Assembly: GCF_006345805.1 (NCBI RefSeq)
Contig: NC_042997.1
Coordinates: 158,782,001 to 158,846,000 of the forward strand
Source of the DNA: Octopus sinensis
Taxonomy: Eukaryota
Direction: 5' to 3'
DNA: 64,000 nucleotides
The position numbers and the translations under genes were made by a program. The notes beneath the pieces are model-generated. The model was not told the origin of the DNA. It ran no database searches and was given only the letters and a program-made list of their open reading frames with translations. Numbering within the stretch: position 1 is the stretch's first letter; each line of letters opens with the position of its first letter. Positions 55,477 to 64,000 of this stretch are shown piece after piece.

Positions 55477-55841
55477 CTATATAAATACATGCATAAATAT
55501 ATATATACATATATATGTGTATTTAATTATATATATATAATATATATATATATATAGAAGGAGAGAGAGAGAGAGAGAGAGAGAGATTCATATACAAACA
55601 TGTGTGTGTGTGTCTGTATATATGTGTGTATATGTATGTATGTATACATGTGTGTGTACATATATAAATGTGTATATGTAAGTATGTATGTATATATATA
55701 TATGTGTGTGTATAAATGTGTATATATATGTATATATATATATATACACGAAAATATATCAAAATATATATATACATATATGAATGTATATACATACATG
55801 AATGTATATATATATATATATGTATGTTCATATATATATAA

Positions 55842-55896
<55 letters not shown>

Positions 55897-55928
55897 ATAT
55901 ATACATATATACATACATATACGCGTCC

Positions 55929-55959
<31 letters not shown>

Positions 55960-55990
55960 CGTCCATATATTTATATATTTATACATAATT
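55375..55990. repeat. Compound (TA)n/(GA)n/(TG)n tract
   Basis: Direct reading. Confidence 0.95.
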
Positions 55991-58435
55991 GTTTTTGTGC
56001 GTGTATGATATATGTATATATAATTGATGGTTCTTGCTAATACACTGATAGAAGTGTAGGACTACCAAATTAGAGTCCGCGGTTGCTTTGTCATCTGTTG
56101 TAGACATTTTGATTGTTTGCCTTGACAAGCACAAAATCCGTTAGGATAAATTGCCTAAGTCACTTGGTTAGGACCCCATTCATCTATATAGTTTGGTCAA
56201 ATACTCAAATTTCCAAGATATTTTTTTAATTCATTTCTTCCTGTGTTTACTTCTAAATTTATGTATCCGAAGAAACGTAACCCACTACAAGATTCCAATC
56301 AATGTTTCCCTCCAGACAATATAAACATTTCACGAGCTATTTTTTTTTTGTCTCTTGTAAGTACTTATCTAAATTATATTAATATGACTGGGTTGTAGCA
56401 TAGCCATACCAATGAGGTATAAACTGCTGACGAGACGAATCGGCGTTTTGATTTTGACTTATTTTTTTTTAAAGTTAATTCAGGAAAAAATCTTTTGAAT
56501 ATGTTGAAATGGTTAACTTCAGAATTTCACATTCACTTAGACAATGAATAGTTGTAACATCAGGGTATGTATTACTCTATTGAACTCCCGGCATATTAGA
56601 AGCATATGCCGAAACATGTATGTGATTATTAGTAAGGGTTTCCATAACATTAAATTACTTTAAATGCAAGAACATTAAAATGAATATCATATACATGAAG
56701 AAGTCTAGCAGCAGCACTAGATCTGTTCTCTTCCAATTTCGATTATAATCTATTACTTTAACTTAGTTAAATTCGTTTATTGATATTATAAAAGCACTTT
56801 TTCTTTCTTGAAAAGATAAATTTTTTTTATGTATAGATGTTCTATTTCATATTTAGATTTAACCATTTCTAAAGATGGGATGAAATTTGGCTGCTATTTC
56901 TAAGAAGCTTTTAAAAGTTACCTCACTTTCATTAAATTTTTTCTTCTTTTTTGCGTCTGGAGTACCATAATATATTCGTGGACCGAACATTGACTTTATT
57001 CGCAGGGGTTTCATTTACGTTGTTTAGGCATCTTTAAAGGAATGTAAGTTAAGTTTACACATTTTCCTGTCTACTTCGACAAATCTTGGAATCTTTAGAA
57101 ATCAACATATATTATTGTTTATTTTCATTTCTGCTCTAGAAGAACATGCCCATGATAAAATGTTGTCCAACTATGACAATCAATTCCTCTGTTTTAATTC
57201 ACATATGGCGTATGTAGAACGATGCAATGCTATATATCGTTCCTTTACTCAAGATGGTAATGTATCATTTGAAGGAGATTTAGTTTTTAACACGTTAATT
57301 ACGTCTTTCTGGATACGCTTCAAATTTGCTGATTGTCTTCGCTAAAGCGATATCTATTAATCCAGATGTAATAACTATTTCTTAAAAACTTCTCCGTTTA
57401 TACAGTAGCTGAATGACTTTTAGATCTAGATGTAGTACAGTTTTAGATGAAGAGACAAAAACAAATAATTTTGCACTTTCTTAAGTAATGCATATCACAG
57501 ATTTATGTCTATGAAGAAATCTGATGTTGTGACATTCATTGTCTTTAATGAGCATAACAATGTATTTCAAAGAAGACAGCCGATAATTGAGTTCCTCAAT
57601 AAAGGCGTCTCATTTTCTCTATAAATGTTCATGCAGATAAGTTTATTATATTTCCAACACAACAATTAAGTTACAAGTATGATAAAATAACATCTTGAGA
57701 AAATCACGTTGTGCCAAAATATAAATTGACGACAATTGCAATTGTATTCATTACGAAGTTGCTATACTTACTAACTTCAATTGATGGGTCTTCACTGCGG
57801 TTATTTGAGCAGCTAGAAATAGAATAGTAATCTCACTCAATTCACAGCAAACTGTCTTAAGTAAAGGAAGAAGTATTCAAGTATGTAATCTCAGACATAC
57901 ATTAAGAAGACATGTTATCGTTAATGATCTGAAACACTAGGAAAAGGCAGACTAAATCTCAGTCTATTAATAGCTGATCGTGACTCGTCTTGTTGAGTTG
58001 AATTATTGTGTATATCAATTACATACATGTATGTGTGTGTGAGAGAGAGAGAGGGGGGGTTAAAGGGGCATATACTGTGGTAGCTCTCAGTTATGTTCCA
58101 GGATACGGCTAACAGCATCAATTAGTATTTAACGTCTATGAGTCCTAGTTATCATTCATGCTATAAATTCCGCCGATTGGTAATTCCATGTTCGCTTCAC
58201 TGGATGGTAATATATCTGCAGTGTATATTTGCAATAATTATAACGACAGATAATATGTAGACTGGTACATGTTATGGTTACGGTTGCTTACACGTGGAAA
58301 CACGTGTAGGTTGTTATAATCCCCAACACATACAGTATGCCATTTTAAAATAAAAGGAAATCAATTTTGAGGATGTACTTGTCTCCATATTTTCGATTGT
58401 TATAATTGCTTATATCTATATGTTTGTGTGTATAG

Positions 58436-58883
58436 GTGAGTGGAAAGAGAGAGAGGATTAGAGATACACGCATACACGTGTGTGTGTGTGTGTGTATGTG
58501 TGTGTACTTACGTGCATGCGTGCATGCGTGCGTGTGCGAGCGTGCATATTATAAATACTGGCTGGTTAATTCTCCAGTCCTGCCTTATGTTGTAGCGAAA
58601 AAGGATGAGAGAGGGAGTAAAAGAGAGACACGAGCGCGTTAACATAGGAAGCTTGGTGGCAAACAATTCTAAAATTTGTCATTTGTAAACAACCTCAGAT
58701 ATCTACTCTGTCATTTACTCATTCATTTCTTCATTTTCTTCTTTCTCTATCTCTATCTTTATTTCTCTCACATTGATTTTTTGCACTCTCTCTCTCTCTC
58801 TCCCTGTCTGTCTGTCTTTCTCTGTAACACTCTTTTACTCATTGCTTGCCACACAGCCTAGTACGTGCACTCATCCTTCGCCG
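58436..58883 (+). repeat. About 450-bp segment directly repeated at 62469-62912
   Basis: High identity from gtgagtggaaagagaga to cactcatccttcgccg, with sharp ends. Confidence 0.9.
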
Positions 58884-60444
58884 TTTAAGATAAGTATCAC
58901 TGAATCAGTCATTTACTCTTGACCCCTACCTTACTCTGTATGCGATGCAAATCGTGTCTGAAGAAATCAACCAAACATTTATATCTGCTACCATATATAT
59001 GTGTGTGTGCGTGTGTGTATTTGTGTGTGTGTGTGTATGTGTGTGTGTGCAATGCATGTATGTATGTGTGCATGTACGTACGTATATACATATGTATGTA
59101 TGTATGTTTGTATGTATGTATGTATGTATGTATGTATGTATGTCAGTATTGCTAATTCACTTGGCACACCTCAACGCTGTAATGAACCATTGCTAGATGT
59201 AAAACTGAGGAGTGTTTCTTTACTTTGCAGTTTTAGGTAACAACTTTCTCGTGAATGTTCCTTTCTTGTGCTACTGGCACATAAATAACAACATAACAAT
59301 TACTTCAAGTGATTAAAGGACTGAGATTTTTATAAAATATAATGGTATTACTTAGAAATTAATTTTTCGAAGACTGGGCAAATTTATTGCGTAATTGAAA
59401 TTTACTAACGAGTTAAATACAATTAATAAATTACGAAGTATTAATGAAAGTGATGTTTTGCAAATAATTGCAATTTCCTAATTGTATCTCTAGCAGACAA
59501 GTCTCTTTAGCATACGAAAGCAAACACTTTTCATAGAGATTTAAATTTTAAAATGTTATAAATTAATGTTATAATAAATTAGGAGGAAAATTTAAATGTA
59601 TTTTGAGCCTAATAATATCCCCAAAATATAAATAAACGTTGTTTATATTACTGACAATGTCAAATAGGAAATATGAGCATTATTACTTCATATTTTGCCT
59701 TATTTGTATTACTTTTATTAATGCAATCTTAATTCAAATGAAGTGTTTCTGATATAAAATTCGCAATAAAGCTATTATAAAAGGAAAATGTTTCATATTT
59801 TTGCATTATTTTTAAAGTGTTTTTTTTTATTATTTTTGATATTATTAATTCACTTATATAGAAACAAACATTTTCTCTGATTTCTATACATTACTCACGC
59901 TAAACATATGTGTCACACACAAAAGAGACTAGGTTTGTTAAATTAATTGTCAAATTTTATTGCTTATATAAAATGCGTTCTATATAATGACTGATGAGTC
60001 TGCATATATTTGCTACTGGTATTAATGATTAAATATAATTAAGAGGTAAACAGTACGCTTATTGCTAACATTGATGGCTATTCTTTCTTAATTCGACTTG
60101 AGTTATTTGAAAATGGCTGATTTTTGTTTTTCAATATAAGAAGCAGATAAACGTGAAAGTGAATATATACATATAATGATATCAGAATATCGAGGGAGAA
60201 AAAGAAAGGTTTGGGAGAGAACTAAATCTACACTAAGAGAATCTGCTTCTTTCTTATTCATAGAATTAATTATTTATTTATTCTTTTTATACTGCAGTTT
60301 CTTGAGAGTATCGTCGCTACTGGTGACACATGTAGTCTAATTCATTGCATATTTAATGGTGATGTTCACAAACTAGTTAGTAACTCGGTCAATATCCACA
60401 GAGAGTCATACAAACGTTTTGCAGAAAGACACATACAAACACAC

Positions 60445-60492
<48 letters not shown>

Positions 60493-60599
60493 ATATATAT
60501 ATACACAGGCACATAAATATTATGTGTTTGTGTGTGTGTATGTGTATGTCTGTGTGTCAGTGTGTCTGTGTAAGTGTATGTTTGTGCGTGTTTCTATTT

Positions 60600-60839
60600 T
60601 TTCTTCTTTTACTTGTTTCATTCCTTAGACTGCGGCCACGTTGGAGCACCACCTTGAAGGATTCTAGTCAAATTAATTGACACGAGTACTTACTCTTTGT
60701 AAACCTGATACTTATTGTATCAGACTTTTTCAGTGAACCGCTAAGTTACAGGAACGAAAACACGCCAACACTGGTTATCAAGCGGTGGGGGAAAACAAGG
60801 GCACACACATGCACGCACTCACACACACACACACACACA

Positions 60840-60905
<66 letters not shown>

Positions 60906-61003
60906 ACTCACAAGGCTATAGTAGAAGACACGTGCCCAATGTATCATGCAGCGGAATTGAAACGGGGATCCTATGGCTACAACAAAGTCACGCATCCGCT
61001 TAT
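60600..61003 (-). mobile_element. Degenerate CORE-type SINE (family B) with expanded (CA)n
   Basis: Reverse-strand ctatagtagaagacac.tgccca and ccgctaagttac motifs. Confidence 0.75.
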
Positions 61004-61432
61004 GAAAAGAATGAAAATTATATTTAAGATTTATCATAAAACCCAACAGTTGCCAAATTACTTGTTTCTATATGATTATGTGAGAGTTCATGTAGATTTG
61101 TTTAAATTCGATTATTGTCTGTTCGCCTTCAAAAGAAATATTACGGTGAAATGAATATTGCATTTATTTTCTTATTCTCTAATAAGCAATTCTGTAGCAA
61201 ATTCTTCTAGGTGATGAATGCAATATTTTAATCAATGATTTATTCAAGTTATGTAAACCAATTGATCGATAATATCATATTAGCGAAACGTTTAGTATTC
61301 GTACAATGCTAGAATTTCCATTGATAAAATATAGCGTCGATCTTAATGATGATACTATCTCTGTTGCTACGTAACACACACACATGTATATATGCATGTA
61401 TGTATGTGCGTATATGTATGTATGTATATATA

Positions 61433-61488
<56 letters not shown>

Positions 61489-61491
<3 letters not shown>

Positions 61492-61951
61492 TGTAGATTT
61501 AAATAATAAGAGGTATCCATTATAGGAATATCTGCATGCTAGAAAGGACGGTTAAATTATAAACCACTATTAAGGATAAAGTTTCGAAGGAAATGAAAAA
61601 TAAACTCTTGGACCAATGGTTTCAGACTATTTTTTAGCAAATAAAATAATTTGCTGGGCGAAGCCTTCTTCAGCAGGAACACCTTAGATTAAATATATAT
61701 ACACGAGGCAATCCAGTATATGCCCCGTGCTTATACATTCTAATATTTCATATCTACCGTCAAGTGCAGCAAATTGTTTTATTTGCTGAAATAAGTCTGA
61801 AACCATTGGTCCAGGAGTTAGAGGGTAAATGTTTTTTATTTTTCATTTCCTTCGAAATGTTATCCCTAATAGTGGTTTGGAATTTAACTGTCCTCTCTAG
61901 CGTGCAGTTAGTTCTATGATGGATACCTCTTATGTGTTTAAATGTACACCG
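61489..61951. mobile_element. Tc1-like MITE with long (about 170-185 bp) TIRs
   Basis: Arms 61489-61656 and 61767-61951 are reverse complements. Termini are TA|CAGTGTA..TACACCG|TA, with a 110-bp spacer. Confidence 0.85.
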
Positions 61952-62063
61952 TATTTATATGAATAATATATAGTATATTGACTAAAAATTTACACGCTAG
62001 GCCACTGCTAATGGAAATTTCTAATATTTCAGATTACCCTTTGATATTATTAATCATATATAT

Positions 62064-62105
<42 letters not shown>

Positions 62106-62164
62106 TACACACATACTCCCACCCACCCACACCACACACACACACAGATACACACACATATGTA

Positions 62165-62275
62165 TACTAGAGGGTGCTGAAAAGTCCCTGTGTTGAAGGG
62201 TATCGTGAAAGGCCTAGTTGGAAGCTCGACCATCCGAGTTCTTTTACGGAGCTTAGGAAAACGGAGATAGCTTTG
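62165..62275 (+). mobile_element. Truncated mariner-type MITE end
   Basis: Begins ta..gagggtgctgaaaagt, a mariner-like TIR start. The partner TIR was not found. Confidence 0.4.
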
Positions 62276-62468
62276 TCTCCACTATATACTAGCTATGTTT
62301 CGACAACGTTGTTAATAAAGTGTGCATTAAAATCTGGAGGTAAGTTTTATATATTACGAATGAAAGCATTTTCTGAACGCAACTATAGTTATGTGATTAA
62401 AAATTTTGATTTGTACCAGCATGGTTTTGTATCTTGGGCAAATATTTAATACAGTAATCTTAAGAGGT

Positions 62469-62812
62469 GTGAGTGGAAAGAGAGAAAGGATTAGAGATAC
62501 ACGCATACAAGTGTGTGTGTGTATGTGTGTGTACTTACGTGCATGCGTGCATGCGTGCGTGTGCGAGCGTGCATATTATAAATGCTGGCTGGTTAATTCT
62601 CCAGTACTGCCTTATGTTATAGCGAAAAAGGATGAAAGAGGGAGTAAAAGAGAGACACGAGCGCGTTAACATAGGAAGCTTGGTGGCAAACAATTCTAAA
62701 ATTTGTCATTTGTAAACATCCTTAGATATCTACTCTGTCATTTACTCATTCTTTTCTTCATTTTCTTCTTTCTCTCTCTCTCTATCTTTCTTTCTCTCAA
62801 ATTGATTTTTTG

Positions 62813-62848
<36 letters not shown>

Positions 62849-62912
62849 CTCTGTAACACTCTTTTACTCATTGCTTGCCACAAAGCCTAGTGCGTGCACT
62901 CATCCTTCGCCG
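62469..62912 (+). repeat. Second copy of 58436-58883
   Basis: See above. Confidence 0.9.
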
Positions 62913-64000
62913 CGAATAAAATGCACCTTGCGAATAAAATTAGATATATGGAAATATTTAACATCATCACTTGCTTGCATCGTGTCTTTAGTGGATCCAC
63001 TTTTAAAAAACATTCAGACTTGATGTTTTGTAACATTTCTTCCAACAACACTAATATCACTAATAATGATATTCCACCACACATATACATACATGTTTCC
63101 GAGATCCTGGACAAATATTATGGATCTACTTCTCGAATGATATCACAGAAATAAGAATAAACTATTACGTTATTCATTACTTTCTCTAAAGCATTTGACG
63201 TGTGAGAGACAAAATATTTTCTAAGTCGAATTTCAAACCATTTCAAAAACCTGGCTTGCCGTAATATCCCTCTAGTCAATATCATGTATGTCTACTTTTG
63301 AATTTATTATACTAAGATCCAGCTAGAATAATGCAGCGATATTCTTTATTTGATAAGTTCCTCGATGAATATTAATTGAGATGTATATAATGAAATTTTC
63401 CTCTTTCTTTTCTATGCGCCCAATTACACGACATACATAATTGCGCCTGAGATAATCATATTTGGAATCCAGAGGGCGATAATGAAAACTTCGTTATATT
63501 TAGAGAAGCAGATGAAATTTAATTATTATGGTCCGCATTATTTGTAATAAATTAATGCTTAGGTATATTAACTTTAAGTTTATGCTAGGCTATAGCATCA
63601 TCACAAACAAAGATAATGCTATCGGTGAAAAATAGTGTATATAATTATGACTAGTTAACATGCATAGAAGAATAGTGTAGGAATATTTATTATCGTTAAT
63701 TCAATATATACTGGATTCTAGTTTGTTTCTCTTTGATGAAATAGATGTTGTTATTGTTGCTGAAACCCATGTTAACAATGAATCAACTACGCATATAATC
63801 AAAAGCATTCAAGCCATTACTATCCATTTGTTTAGGAGCATCGAGGTCTATTCATGTAGAAATATTTGGTGGATATATCTAGAAGACTGTGTGACTACTT
63901 AAAGATTCCTTTGGGTGCAATATATTGACGTCAGGCCAACTGCTCACGTCTTTCAACCGAAACTTAGCATTTTCTCAGTCGAAGGAAAACCATAAATTTC

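Overview
AT-rich eukaryotic, repeat-dominated DNA, most likely intronic sequence from an octopod cephalopod. The species call is an inference from the tRNA-derived SINE families and the microsatellite density; a BLAST of any SINE copy would settle it. Almost all ORFs in the supplied track are (TA)n/(CA)n/(TACA)n translation artefacts or chance ORFs. Only one well-supported coding exon was found (20038-20264, +). It has clean splice sites, an RRAS motif and an ID-x-x-LY motif, and is tentatively a synaptotagmin-like linker. A few weaker splice-bounded candidates include a 23-nt microexon and AG|GT recursive-type sites. The rest is a dense collection of mobile DNA: at least 4 SINE families (some dimeric or trimeric), three decayed mariner transposons, several MITEs, non-autonomous Helitrons, and LINE relics (R4/Dong-type, RTE, CR1/Jockey-like). 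Structural highlights are a minimal type I hammerhead ribozyme motif in a Penelope-like short element (3706-3740), two copies of a GG-terminal, 8-bp-TSD (Merlin-like) MITE carrying telomere-like (CCCTAA) repeats, a 142-bp near-perfect palindrome, and a near-identical 1.65-kb tandem duplication with breakpoints in (TA)n tracts. No prokaryotic system, CRISPR array, rRNA or genuine tRNA is supported. All alignments were done by eye, and boundaries of decayed elements are approximate.
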